Notes under the pieces: generated by a model
The model's database searches: none
What the model was told of the DNA's origin: nothing
What the model saw: only the letters and a program-made list of their open reading frames with translations
Assembly (NCBI GenBank): GCA_017959745.1
Contig: JAGDAA010000160.1
Coordinates: 1 to 33,098, forward strand
Reading direction: 5' to 3'
From: Clostridia bacterium
GTDB taxonomy: Bacteria; Bacillota; Clostridia; Oscillospirales; SIG627
DNA: 33,098 nucleotides
Made by a program: the position numbers and the translations under genes
In this document: in pieces, positions 1 through 9,843 of the stretch
Layout of the letters: the number at the start of each line of letters is the position of its first letter
How positions within the stretch are numbered: the stretch's first letter is position 1

Positions 1-495
1 GCGGACGCGGCGCGTTTTACGGGATTGAGCGAAAAGCTGATGGACCGTTCTCCCTTCGAGTTGTCCGGAGGACAGAAGCGACGGGTCGCCATCGCCGGCA
101 TCATCGCCATGGATCCGGAGATCCTGGTGCTGGATGAACCCGCCGCCGGGCTGGATCCCGCCGGAAAAAAGGAGATCCTGGATCGCCTGAAAGCCTATCA
201 GCGGGAAAGGGAAAAGACCCTGATCCTCATTTCTCACAGTATGGAGGATATGGCCTCCTACGCGGATGAGATCGTTGTTATGAAAGACGGTTCCGTCTTC
301 TGCCACGATACGGTGGACGGTATTTTCAGCGATCCCGCCCGTGTGGAGGAAGCCGGATTGGAGCTGCCTCAGATCACGCGCCTTATGATGCGCCTCTCCG
401 CCCGGGGTGTTCCGGTCGATCCGGGCGTTCATACTGTTGATGCCGCCGTTGCCTGTGTGTCGTCTCTGCTCCGGGGAGGTGACAAAACGTGCTGA
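1..495 (+). CDS. ecfA2: Energy-coupling factor transporter ATPase (EcfA2), 5'-truncated by the window edge
   Basis: Frame is open from base 1. ABC signature LSGGQKRRVAIAG, Walker B ILVLDEP and H-loop ISHSM; lies directly upstream of ecfT. Confidence 0.92.
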   Translation, partial: ADAARFTGLSEKLMDRSPFELSGGQKRRVAIAGIIAMDPEILVLDEPAAGLDPAGKKEILDRLKAYQREREKTLILISHSMEDMASYADEIVVMKDGSVFCHDTVDGIFSDPARVEEAGLELPQITRLMMRLSARGVPVDPGVHTVDAAVACVSSLLRGGDKTC

Positions 496-1316
496 AGGAT
501 ATCACCTTAGGACAGTATTTCCCCGGGCAGTCCCCGCTGCACCGGCTGGATCCCCGGATGAAATTGATCCTGATGATCGCTTTTGTGGTGCTGATCTTTT
601 TCGCCCGGACTCTTCCGTCTTTCGTGTATCTTGTGATCCTTGTGGCGGCGCTGACCGCTGTGTCCGGCATCCGGGTAAAGGCGCTTATGAAAGGTTTGAA
701 ACCCGTTGTTTTCATCTCCGTCTTTACGGCGGTGATCAATTTGTTCTGGACCGTCGGGGAAACGCCCCTGGTCTCCTTTTGGGTCATTACCATTTATCCT
801 GAGGGGATCTGGCGGGCGGCGTATCTGATCGTCCGCATCATGGCGCTTGTCGCCGGGACAAGCCTGCTGCTTACCTATACCACCACCCCTATGGAATTGA
901 CGGACGCGCTGGAGTCCCTGTTGTCGCCCTTGAAGAAGATTCACGTTCCGGTACACGAATTCGCTATGATGATGTCCTTGGCTCTACGCTTTGTGCCGAC
1001 GCTTATTGAGGAGACTGAGAAGATCATCAACGCGCAGAAAGCGCGGGGCACGGATTTTGAAAGCGGAAGCCTGCTGCGGCGCGCCAAAGCGCTGATCCCC
1101 ATTTTGATCCCGCTCTTTGTTTCTTCCTTCAACCGGGCGTCGGAATTGGCGACCGCCATGGAGTGCCGGTGCTACACCGGCGGGGAAGGCAGGACGAGAC
1201 TGAAACAACTGCGGCTCACCGGCTTTGATTGGGCTTGCGCCGCTCTGCTTCTCCTGTCCTTCGCCGGGATCATTCTTACCAACTATGTGCCCTTTCCCTG
1301 GGGAGGTGTTCTGTGA
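489..1316 (+). CDS. ecfT: Energy-coupling factor transporter transmembrane component T
   Basis: N-terminal ITLGQYFPGQSPLHRLDPR, several TM helices, and AQKARG and AMECRCY motifs; GTG start after GGAGGT. Confidence 0.95.
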   Translation: MLKDITLGQYFPGQSPLHRLDPRMKLILMIAFVVLIFFARTLPSFVYLVILVAALTAVSGIRVKALMKGLKPVVFISVFTAVINLFWTVGETPLVSFWVITIYPEGIWRAAYLIVRIMALVAGTSLLLTYTTTPMELTDALESLLSPLKKIHVPVHEFAMMMSLALRFVPTLIEETEKIINAQKARGTDFESGSLLRRAKALIPILIPLFVSSFNRASELATAMECRCYTGGEGRTRLKQLRLTGFDWACAALLLLSFAGIILTNYVPFPWGGVL

Positions 1317-2056
1317 ACCGGTATTTGCTCCAGTTGGCGTATTTGGGGACCAACTACCACGGCTGGCAGATCCAGGACAACGCCGTCACTGTGCAGGAAA
1401 AGGTGGAGGCCGCGTTGGCGGAGCTGTTTTCTGAGAAGATCACCACCCACAGCTGCAGCCGCACTGACGCCGGCGTACACGCCGCTTCATTTTACTGCCA
1501 TTTTGACGCGTCGTACCCCTTCCCGGTGGATCGCTTGCCTTACGCGCTGACCACGCATCTGCCGCCGGATATTCGGCCCCTGTCGGCGCGGATCGTCCCT
1601 CCGACTTTTCACGCAAGGTACTCCTGTCGGGGCAAAGAATATCGGTATCTGATCGATAACAGTGTGCTGGGAGATCCGTTTTTGATCGACCGCGCCTGGC
1701 ACTATCCCTTTCTTTTGGACGAAAAGGAGATGGACCGGACGGCGAAGGTCTTTCTGGGGCAACACGATTTCGCGGCGTTTCGCGCACAGGGCTCGAGCGT
1801 GAAAAACACTATTCGCACCATGACGCGATCGGATGTGGCGCGGGATGGTTCCCGTGTGATCTTCACGGTCGCCGGAGACGGCTTTTTGTACAATATGGTC
1901 CGCATTATGCTGGGCACACTGATCGCTCATCAGCGCCATAAACTGGATCGGGAACCGGAGGAGATCTTTGCCACGGGTGATCGTACACTGGCGGGTTTTA
2001 CCGCGCCGCCCCAGGGCTTGTACCTGGAAAAAGTTTTTTACGACGATCCGGAGTGA
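1313..2056 (+). CDS. truA: tRNA pseudouridine(38-40) synthase
   Basis: YLGTNYHGWQ, SRTDAGVHA (catalytic Asp), GFLYNMVR and TAPPQGLYL. GTG at 1313 overlaps the ecfT stop and follows GGAGGT. Classic ecfA-ecfT-truA order. Confidence 0.96.
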   Translation: MNRYLLQLAYLGTNYHGWQIQDNAVTVQEKVEAALAELFSEKITTHSCSRTDAGVHAASFYCHFDASYPFPVDRLPYALTTHLPPDIRPLSARIVPPTFHARYSCRGKEYRYLIDNSVLGDPFLIDRAWHYPFLLDEKEMDRTAKVFLGQHDFAAFRAQGSSVKNTIRTMTRSDVARDGSRVIFTVAGDGFLYNMVRIMLGTLIAHQRHKLDREPEEIFATGDRTLAGFTAPPQGLYLEKVFYDDPE

Positions 2057-2074
2057 TCGGGAAAGGAGGAACGT

Positions 2075-3226
2075 ATGGCTGATAAAGCTGAGGCAAAGTC
2101 CGGCAAACTGATCAAAAAATACCGGCTCTATAAGTTTGTCACTCTGGGCGTTCTCGTGTTGTTCCTCCTGGGCGGATTGGTCCTGTTTCAAAAGGATATC
2201 ACACTGGAAAACCTCCGGTATCTCGTCAAGTATGTGGGCTTCTATTCCGGCACTCCGGAAGGCGGCTCCACCATCCTGTATGACGCGGACACGGAGAATG
2301 TTTACGGCTCCTTTCGCGGGGATCTGGCGGTGGTCAACCACGGCGGTATGTCCCTGTATGACAGAATGGGTACTGCCGTTCTGACGGATTCCTTCAATAT
2401 GACCAACCCCGTAATGGAATCCGGCGATAAATTTTTGATAGTTTACGATCTGGGCGGCCATAATCTGAGAGTGTATAACTCATTCTCTCTGCTTCACGAG
2501 GAGAACTTCGAATACACCATTCAGTCTGTTTCCGTGAACGCAGCCGGCTATTACAGCGTGGCGACCGCGCAGCGATCTTACCACGCCGCTGTGGTAGTAT
2601 ACAACGACGATTTCAAAGAGGTGTTTCGCTGGCTGTCCGCGGAGAAATTTGTCACCGACTGTGTTTTGACGGATACGGAGGCGATGTATCTCACCACCAT
2701 TCGCGTGGAAGGCGGGGACCTTGTGGGCGAGGTTTTGGAGTTGAAGGTGGGCAGGGACGAGGTGGTGTCCTCCTATGAACTGACAGATGAAATGCCCATA
2801 GATATTGCCTGGACGCGAAAGGGTGTGTTGTATCTGACGGATACCTCCCTTCGTTTCGTCAGCGGGGGAGAGGCTTTGAAAAGCAATGTGTTTCCCACGC
2901 GATCCCTGGATAAAGCCGTTATGGGAGACTCCCTTTGCGTAGTGGCACAGAACGAGCTTTCCGTCGGCGTTTCCATGAAGCTCCGCCTGTTTGACCGGGA
3001 GGGAAACGAAACGGCTTCACGGGATTTTTCCGCGCAGATTCAGGATCTGGAGGTATACGACGAGGAGGCGATCCTGTTGACCTATAACCACCTGTACCGA
3101 CTGACTTCGGACGGGAACTGGACGGACTATCAGATCTCCGGCGATTACTCCGCCATCGCGATCCTCGGGCAAAACACGGTTGCGCTGTGTTCGGATTCCA
3201 GGGCTGAGATTATGGCGCTATCTTGA
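2075..3226 (+). CDS. Membrane-anchored beta-rich extracellular protein, DUF5711-like
   Basis: Single N-terminal TM helix followed by beta-strand-rich, propeller-like repeats; AGGAGG RBS. Family assignment is from recall only. Confidence 0.65.
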   Translation: MADKAEAKSGKLIKKYRLYKFVTLGVLVLFLLGGLVLFQKDITLENLRYLVKYVGFYSGTPEGGSTILYDADTENVYGSFRGDLAVVNHGGMSLYDRMGTAVLTDSFNMTNPVMESGDKFLIVYDLGGHNLRVYNSFSLLHEENFEYTIQSVSVNAAGYYSVATAQRSYHAAVVVYNDDFKEVFRWLSAEKFVTDCVLTDTEAMYLTTIRVEGGDLVGEVLELKVGRDEVVSSYELTDEMPIDIAWTRKGVLYLTDTSLRFVSGGEALKSNVFPTRSLDKAVMGDSLCVVAQNELSVGVSMKLRLFDREGNETASRDFSAQIQDLEVYDEEAILLTYNHLYRLTSDGNWTDYQISGDYSAIAILGQNTVALCSDSRAEIMALS

Positions 3227-3241
3227 TTTTGGAGAGAAAGA

Positions 3242-3943
3242 ATGACTTACGTCTTGTTTGATACCATTGCCGCCCTGTTGATCATCGGATTTGCCGTATG
3301 GGGTATGAGACGGGGCTTTATCAAAACTTTTTTCGGTTTATTCGGGTTTCTGATCGCCATCGCCGTCGCTCTGTTATTCGCCGCGCCTTTGGCGGCGCTT
3401 CTGAAAGAGCATCTGGTTGAACCGGCGCTTTCCTCCTTCTTCCTGAAGGAGCTTTCAAATGAAACGATGCAAAGCAGCGCCGAGATCGATTTTTCAGCTT
3501 TGCCAGACAGTGCAGTGGCACTTTTCTCTCGCTTCGGGATATCCCCGGAGGCTTTGGCAGAGCAGGTGATAAACGCCGGGCGGACCGCGGGACGGGACCT
3601 GGCGCAATCCATTGCCGCCTTTGCCGTGTCTCGGGCGGCGACGACCCTTTCTCACGCCATCGCCTTCATTTCGCTGTTCGGCTTATCCTCCCTCCTCCTT
3701 GCGATCTTGGCCCGGGTTCTGGACCTTGTGGCAAAGATCCCCGGCCTTCACCTGACAAACAGGGTTTTCGGTTTGATAGCGGGGATTGGAGAGGGGGTTG
3801 CCCTTGCTTTCGTGTTCGCGCGGGTGTTGGCGTTGTTAGAGCCCGTTATGCGGGCATCCGATTGGATTTGGATCTCCGGTTTTTCCGTGGATCAGACCTA
3901 TTTGATCCGGTTTCTCGCGTCCTGGGCGCCAGGAATGAATTGA
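3242..3943 (+). CDS. CvpA family membrane protein
   Basis: DxIxxxxxxxFAVWGMRRGFIK start and NRVFGLIAG motif typical of colicin V production family proteins. Confidence 0.85.
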   Translation: MTYVLFDTIAALLIIGFAVWGMRRGFIKTFFGLFGFLIAIAVALLFAAPLAALLKEHLVEPALSSFFLKELSNETMQSSAEIDFSALPDSAVALFSRFGISPEALAEQVINAGRTAGRDLAQSIAAFAVSRAATTLSHAIAFISLFGLSSLLLAILARVLDLVAKIPGLHLTNRVFGLIAGIGEGVALAFVFARVLALLEPVMRASDWIWISGFSVDQTYLIRFLASWAPGMN

Positions 3944-3967
3944 TATTACCTGAAAGAGGTTTCTGAT

Positions 3968-4585
3968 ATGGCAACATTTGAGAAGAAAAACATCCCCAAT
4001 ATCATCTCCGTATTCCGCATCGTTCTGGTCCCGCTGTATGTGTTGTTGTTCTTCGGGGTCATTCCGTGGGGAGAGCCTTTGATATCCTCCGGTATCGTCT
4101 TTATTGTGGCGGGGATCAGTGACCTGGCTGACGGATACCTGGCGAGGCGAAACAACTGGATCACAGACGTGGGAAAACTGTTGGATCCGTTAGCGGATAA
4201 ACTGCTGGAGCTTGCCGTCACGCTTTGTATCGCGATCCGCTTTGGAAACGCGTTCATCCTTCTCGCCGCCATCACGGTGATTAAAGAGGGCGTTATGATC
4301 GTGGGCGCCTTCATCATCCTGCGCCACGGAAAGTTTGCTGTATCAAGTGTATGGTACGGGAAGGCGGCGACATTTGCCTGGTTCCTGACTGTTCTTATTA
4401 TGAGTTTCATTCCTTCCGCCGTGGCGTGGGGGCAGTATCTCTGCATCGCGTTGATCGGATTTATGGCGTTTGCGTTCATTATGTACGTGATCCACTTCAA
4501 GGACGTTATAGCTAAAACCTGGAAAGAGCTCCATAAGGATAAGGGAGCAAAGGCCTCTATGACAGAGGCGGAGGAAACCAAATGA
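3968..4585 (+). CDS. pgsA: CDP-alcohol phosphatidyltransferase (PgsA-like)
   Basis: NIPNIISVFR and the DLADGYLARR-x7-GKLLDPLADK signature. Confidence 0.85.
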   Translation: MATFEKKNIPNIISVFRIVLVPLYVLLFFGVIPWGEPLISSGIVFIVAGISDLADGYLARRNNWITDVGKLLDPLADKLLELAVTLCIAIRFGNAFILLAAITVIKEGVMIVGAFIILRHGKFAVSSVWYGKAATFAWFLTVLIMSFIPSAVAWGQYLCIALIGFMAFAFIMYVIHFKDVIAKTWKELHKDKGAKASMTEAEETK

Positions 4586-6855
4586 AAATGTGTTCGCGCT
4601 GCAAAAAAAGACCCGCTGTTATTTATATCAATAAGATCCAGGGGGAGAAGGTCTCCTCCGAGGGCCTTTGTATGCACTGCGCCCGGGAATTGAAGATCAA
4701 GCCCTTCAGCGATTACATGGATCAGATGGGAATCAAGGACGACGATATCGACGTGCTGGAAGAACAGATGGGCCATATGATGGAAGGTGTAGAGCCGGGC
4801 GAGGGCGGGATGCCCACCTTTGATCTGAAAAACCTGTTTGGCGGGAATATTGAACCCACCGAGGAGGAGAACTCCGAAAAGGAAGACGCTCCGGAGGATG
4901 GGAAGGACGGAAAAGACAAAAAGAAAAAGAAAAAGCACGGTAAGATGCTGGATACCTATTGTCTGGATCTGACCGGCCGCGCCGCGGAAGGAAAGCTGGA
5001 CCGGGTCATCGGCAGGGAGGCGGAGCTGGATCGGGTGATTCAAATCCTGTGTCGACGGCAAAAGAACAACCCCTGTCTGATCGGGGAGCCGGGCGTGGGA
5101 AAGACCGCGATCGCGGAAGCATTGGCTTCCCGTATCGCGGAAAAGAAAGTACCGTACCGCCTGCTGAATAAGGAGGTATTTCTGCTGGATCTCACAGGCC
5201 TGGTCGCCGGCACTCATTTCCGCGGTCAGTTTGAGGGGCGCGTGAAAAGCCTGGTGGAGGAGATCAAAAAGCTGGGGAATGTGATCCTGGTGATCGATGA
5301 GGTCCACACCATCGTAGGCGCCGGGGATTCAGAGGGTGGAATGAGCTGCGCCAATATCCTAAAGCCCGCCCTGTCCCGGGGCGAGATCCAGATCATCGGC
5401 GCCACGACGCTGGCGGAATACCGGAAGTATATCGAGAAGGATCAGGCGCTGGAACGCCGCTTCCAGCCCGTTATGGTGGAGGAGCCCAGCGTCGCTAAAA
5501 CGGTGGAGATTCTGAAGGGCGTAAAAAAGTACTATGAAACCTATCACGGCCTGCGCGTCCCGGACAGCGTACTGCGGACAACCGTCCTTCTTTCCGAACG
5601 GTATATTACCGACCGTTTTCTCCCGGATAAAGCCATCGATATTCTGGACGAGGCTTGCGCCAAGAAGAACATCGACAGCGAGGTCATCAACCGCCTGGAT
5701 GCCTTGAAGGACGAGATCGATCAGGAGAAAAAGGAGCGGGAGGCGCTGGAGGGAAAGGCGGACCCGGACGACGCTACCTACGCCCGCATCGCGGAACTGA
5801 AGGTCAGTGAAATGCGGAAAGAGGAGGAGTATTCGGAGCTTTCTCGCCGACGCGACGGGATCGAGATCACGCTGGAGGACGTAGCGCGGGTGATCGAGTC
5901 CTGGACGGGTATTCCCGCCTCCAGTATCTCTGAAAATGAATTTGAGAAGATCGCCGGCCTGGAAGACGAATTGAAGCGCCGCATCATCGGGCAGGACAAG
6001 GCGGTCAGCGCCGTCTGCCGCGCCATCAAACGCCACAGAGCCGGGATCTATATGAAGAAAAAGCCCGCCAGTTTTATCTTCGCGGGTCCCACCGGCGTGG
6101 GAAAAACGGAGCTTGTCAAACAGTTGGCGCTGCAGCTTTTTGATACGCCGGAGTCCTTGATCCGGCTGGATATGTCCGAGTTTATGGAGAAGCATTCTGT
6201 TTCCAGGATCATCGGATCGCCCCCCGGTTACGTGGGGTATGATGACGCGGGTCAGCTCACGGAGAAGATCCGGCGCAAGCCTTACTCGGTTGTGCTTTTC
6301 GACGAGATCGAAAAGGCACATCCTGATGTTCTGAACATTCTGCTTCAGATCCTGGACGAGGGACGCATCACCGACGCCCACGGCAAGGAAGTCAACTTTG
6401 AGAATACCGTCATCATTATGACTACCAATGCGGGCGCCAACGCCGGCAGTGTGGTCTCCGGATTCGGCGACAGCAGTGTGGTGACGGAAGAGAAGCGCAC
6501 CATGAAGGGGCTGGAGAGCTTTTTGCGGCCCGAATTCATCAATCGCGTGGACGAGATCGTGACATTTTCCCACCTGACCCGGGAGGACTTCAAGGCCATC
6601 GCCCTTCTTCGCCTGGACGACCTGAAGAAGAGTATGGAAGAGAAGGGGACGGAGCTTCGTTTTGACGATGCCGTTCCCGTATTCGTCGCGGAAAAATCTT
6701 ACAGTGAAAAATACGGCGCGCGGAATATGACGCGTTTCCTCCAAACCGAGGCGGAGGACCGCATCGCTCAATGCGTGATCGATCATTATTTGGAGAAACC
6801 GGATGCGATCCGATTGTCGGTCAAGCTTGACCATTTGGAAGCCGCTCCGGAGTAA
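4582..6855 (+). CDS. Class I Clp/Hsp100 ATPase with N-terminal CxxC...CxxC zinc finger (ClpE/ClpC-like)
   Basis: Two AAA+ modules (GEPGVGKT/IDEVH and GPTGVGKT/FDEIEKAH), pore loop GYVGY, middle coiled coil, and N-terminal CSRC...CMHC. ATGA overlap with pgsA. Confidence 0.93.
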   Translation: MKMCSRCKKRPAVIYINKIQGEKVSSEGLCMHCARELKIKPFSDYMDQMGIKDDDIDVLEEQMGHMMEGVEPGEGGMPTFDLKNLFGGNIEPTEEENSEKEDAPEDGKDGKDKKKKKKHGKMLDTYCLDLTGRAAEGKLDRVIGREAELDRVIQILCRRQKNNPCLIGEPGVGKTAIAEALASRIAEKKVPYRLLNKEVFLLDLTGLVAGTHFRGQFEGRVKSLVEEIKKLGNVILVIDEVHTIVGAGDSEGGMSCANILKPALSRGEIQIIGATTLAEYRKYIEKDQALERRFQPVMVEEPSVAKTVEILKGVKKYYETYHGLRVPDSVLRTTVLLSERYITDRFLPDKAIDILDEACAKKNIDSEVINRLDALKDEIDQEKKEREALEGKADPDDATYARIAELKVSEMRKEEEYSELSRRRDGIEITLEDVARVIESWTGIPASSISENEFEKIAGLEDELKRRIIGQDKAVSAVCRAIKRHRAGIYMKKKPASFIFAGPTGVGKTELVKQLALQLFDTPESLIRLDMSEFMEKHSVSRIIGSPPGYVGYDDAGQLTEKIRRKPYSVVLFDEIEKAHPDVLNILLQILDEGRITDAHGKEVNFENTVIIMTTNAGANAGSVVSGFGDSSVVTEEKRTMKGLESFLRPEFINRVDEIVTFSHLTREDFKAIALLRLDDLKKSMEEKGTELRFDDAVPVFVAEKSYSEKYGARNMTRFLQTEAEDRIAQCVIDHYLEKPDAIRLSVKLDHLEAAPE

Positions 6856-6859
6856 AGGC

Positions 6860-9838
6860 ATGAATCTGCTTGAAATCAGTCTGGACAAGTTAATCAGCAT
6901 CCTGGGTACGGATACCGCGCTGGGACTGACCGGGGAACAGGTTTTGCGTAACCGACGTGAATTCGGCGAGAACGTGGCGCGCGAGAACCCGCGCACCGTT
7001 TCCTCCCTTGTCAGAAAGATCTTCGGCGACGTGATGATGATTATTTTCCTCTTCACGGGGCTATTTGATTATTTCAACAGTCATAACGTCGTTTCCCTGA
7101 TCTGCATCCTGTTTGCGGCGGTGCTTTACGCCGCGCTTGTATTCGGCTCCTTCCTGTACGTTCGCCGGGTGGACGCGGCGGTGGAAAAGTTTTCCAAAAA
7201 CAGGGTCCACGTGCGCCGGAACGGTAGGATCATTAGCGTAAAAAACCGGGATCTGGTCCCCGGGGATATCCTGATTTTGGAGAGAGGGGACGTGTTGCCC
7301 TGCGATGGGATCATCCTTTCTGCCAAAACCCTTCTCGTGCTGGAAGCAAAATCCGCCGGCGCGCGCGCTCCCGCGATCAAGCGTAGCCACACGGAGGTCA
7401 GTGACCTGGAGGATTCCGAATATTTTGACTGCGTCCTGTTCGCTGGAAGCGTTGTCTTGCAGGGTGCGGCGCACGTCTTCGTTTGCAACACCGGGGCGGA
7501 TTTATTTGACGCCGAAAACCCCACCGTTTCCCGGCAGATCGGGACCGTTCCCCGGGTCTATCGTTTGGCGATGTCCCTGAAGAAGGAGATCCTCCTGATC
7601 TGGGTGCTCGCCTGCTTTGTGATCTTTGCTTGGGGCGTTTTCCGGGGGCAGGACGTATTTCGCATCTTTTATTACAGCGCCGCTATGGTGATTGCCGCTT
7701 TTCCTTCCTCCATTGAGTATTACTGCGATCTTGCCGTAGCTTACATGAAGAGCCGCTTGTTCCGGGCGGGGGCGATTCTGCGAAATCCCGGTGCCGTCGA
7801 TCGCTTGTGCGATGCCGACCGTATCTTTATCCACTCCGCCGATTACCTGTATTACGCGAAACCCCTCGCGTCTATTTACTACGTTGGGGACCGGGAATAC
7901 GATTTCCGGCAGGATCACATACCCGCTAAACCGATGCTGGAGGATCTGCTCCTGGCGTCCATGTCGCCGACGTACTGGAACGATCCCCGTCACGCTCAGG
8001 AGCGAAAAAACGAGAGAGTCATTCAGGGCGCCGCCGCGCGGTGCGGTCTTCAAAAACGCCGCCTGGACCACGACTATCTCTTTGTCAACCATTCGGACCC
8101 GGATGAACAGCATGCCTATTCCTGCTCCCTTGTCCTGCGGGATGGCGCTTATCGCCTCGTGGTAAGAGGGGATCCGAAAGCCGTATTATCGCTGTGTGCA
8201 TTTTACCGGAGCGGTCCGGAGGATCTTGCTTTGACGGACGGGGTCTCTATGCTGATCCGCTCCACCTTCCGTAGGATCGCGGGCAACTGCGAACACATCG
8301 TCGCTGTCGCAGAGCTAAATCTTCCTTCCCCGCCGGAAGGGGATTTGCGCCGGGTTTGCCGTAAAATGTCCTATATGGGTGTTTTCGGTTTGTCTACGCC
8401 GGTTAGCGCGTCCGCCGCGGAAGAAGTGAACAGTTGCGAGAAAGCAGGTATTAACACCTACCTTCTGACGGATGATTACCCCGAGACGGTGGAAGCCCTT
8501 GCCAAGAGTGTTTCCATCATCAAGGAGAAGGATGATCAGCACGCTCTCCGATACGACAGTTACCGCCGGATGGATCGGGGCGTTTTTGTGGCGGATCTGG
8601 AACGGTACAAAGCGTTTTCCCAGTTTCCTCCGGAGGAAAAGCAGATCATCCTGCGCTATCACAAGAATAACGGTCATAAAACGCTGTCCCTGACGGACGG
8701 TATGCGGGATATTCTGCCTCAGATGGAATCGGATATTTCCTTCGCGGACGCGGCGGAATCCAGTCCGGCTGTCCGTATGAACGCGGATGTTTTGATGCGG
8801 GATAAGAAATACAATTTAGTGCCTTTGAGCATTCATTGGTCGCGCCTTCTGTATCATAACCTTGTTCACATTATGCAGTTTATCCTGATTTTGCAGGTAT
8901 CGCTGTTTTTCTCCGTTTTTTTGTGTCTGACGCTGACCGGGGAGACCGTATATCCGCTTTTTCCCATGATCTTCGCGGGCCTCGGCGCGGCTTTGCCCTG
9001 TACCTTCAATATCTATCACCGGAAACCCGGCGCGGTCCTGCCACGCCGTCTGGGAGTTTTGAAGGACAGGATCTATTCCTTGCAGGTCCTGATCCTCATA
9101 CCGGCCATCGCCGGGCTCGTGGGGGCGATCGGGATGACTCTTTCCCGGCAGATCACCCTGTTTTCTTCCGGCAGCGCGGACGCGGCGTGCGGAGCGGGGA
9201 TCCTGACAATGGCGTTTTCCGCCTGGTTCGCCTCCCTTTCTATAAAGACGGAGGGACCTTTGTTCCGCAATCTGCGGGAGATCGGTCGTACGGGACTTAT
9301 CACGTTCCTGATCACCCTTTTTGTTTCCGTTGTTACCGTTTTTACGCCCTTCGCGAAGCTGTATAATCCCTCCTATGAAGAAAAGGGCGCGGGGCTGACC
9401 TTCGCGACCGGCGCGCTCTCGCTTCTTCTTTCTCTGCTACCTATGCTGGTCATAGAGTTGATGAAGTATTTGAGAAGGGAAGAGGTACCGAGCGGACAAA
9501 GGAAGCTTTCCCGGAGCCGGATCATAGCAGTGTTCGGAAAGCTTGTCAAAAAGCGCATCCCCCGTCCGGATAAAGCCAAAGGCGTTCCGGAGGAAGCGCC
9601 CGCACCATTGGAAATCTCTAAAAAGGAAGCGTCGGAGCAGGCGGGAGAGGAACAGGCCGAGGAAGAAAAAGCGGAGGATCAGGCGCCAGAGGACGAAAAT
9701 GAAGAAGACACGGTCCTGAAGGACTTGAAAGAGATCCTGGAAAAGATTGAGCAGGAGAAAACAGAACAGACAAAGGCTGAATTTGACGAAGAAGAGCAAA
9801 CCGACGAGGAACAGTCGGAAGAAAATGAAAGGAAGTAA
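6860..9838 (+). CDS. P-type ATPase homologue (P2-like architecture) with degenerate catalytic motifs; probable pseudo-enzyme
   Basis: GLT..Q...R..FGEN, DLVPGDILIL and LFAGS are recognisable. DKTGT, TGES, PEGL, KGA, TGD and GDGxND are all replaced. Acidic C-terminal tail. Start taken at ATG 6860. Confidence 0.85.
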   Translation: MNLLEISLDKLISILGTDTALGLTGEQVLRNRREFGENVARENPRTVSSLVRKIFGDVMMIIFLFTGLFDYFNSHNVVSLICILFAAVLYAALVFGSFLYVRRVDAAVEKFSKNRVHVRRNGRIISVKNRDLVPGDILILERGDVLPCDGIILSAKTLLVLEAKSAGARAPAIKRSHTEVSDLEDSEYFDCVLFAGSVVLQGAAHVFVCNTGADLFDAENPTVSRQIGTVPRVYRLAMSLKKEILLIWVLACFVIFAWGVFRGQDVFRIFYYSAAMVIAAFPSSIEYYCDLAVAYMKSRLFRAGAILRNPGAVDRLCDADRIFIHSADYLYYAKPLASIYYVGDREYDFRQDHIPAKPMLEDLLLASMSPTYWNDPRHAQERKNERVIQGAAARCGLQKRRLDHDYLFVNHSDPDEQHAYSCSLVLRDGAYRLVVRGDPKAVLSLCAFYRSGPEDLALTDGVSMLIRSTFRRIAGNCEHIVAVAELNLPSPPEGDLRRVCRKMSYMGVFGLSTPVSASAAEEVNSCEKAGINTYLLTDDYPETVEALAKSVSIIKEKDDQHALRYDSYRRMDRGVFVADLERYKAFSQFPPEEKQIILRYHKNNGHKTLSLTDGMRDILPQMESDISFADAAESSPAVRMNADVLMRDKKYNLVPLSIHWSRLLYHNLVHIMQFILILQVSLFFSVFLCLTLTGETVYPLFPMIFAGLGAALPCTFNIYHRKPGAVLPRRLGVLKDRIYSLQVLILIPAIAGLVGAIGMTLSRQITLFSSGSADAACGAGILTMAFSAWFASLSIKTEGPLFRNLREIGRTGLITFLITLFVSVVTVFTPFAKLYNPSYEEKGAGLTFATGALSLLLSLLPMLVIELMKYLRREEVPSGQRKLSRSRIIAVFGKLVKKRIPRPDKAKGVPEEAPAPLEISKKEASEQAGEEQAEEEKAEDQAPEDENEEDTVLKDLKEILEKIEQEKTEQTKAEFDEEEQTDEEQSEENERK

Positions 9839-9843
9839 AGAAA

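Noticed and set aside
1229-1312. Upstream extension of truA in the ORF track
   Set aside because: It overlaps ecfT; GTG 1313 has an RBS and matches the TruA N-terminus.
3946-7056. Long antisense ORFs (453 aa and 565 aa) opposite pgsA and the Clp gene
   Set aside because: Shadow frames of GC-rich coding genes; no RBS or recognisable motifs.
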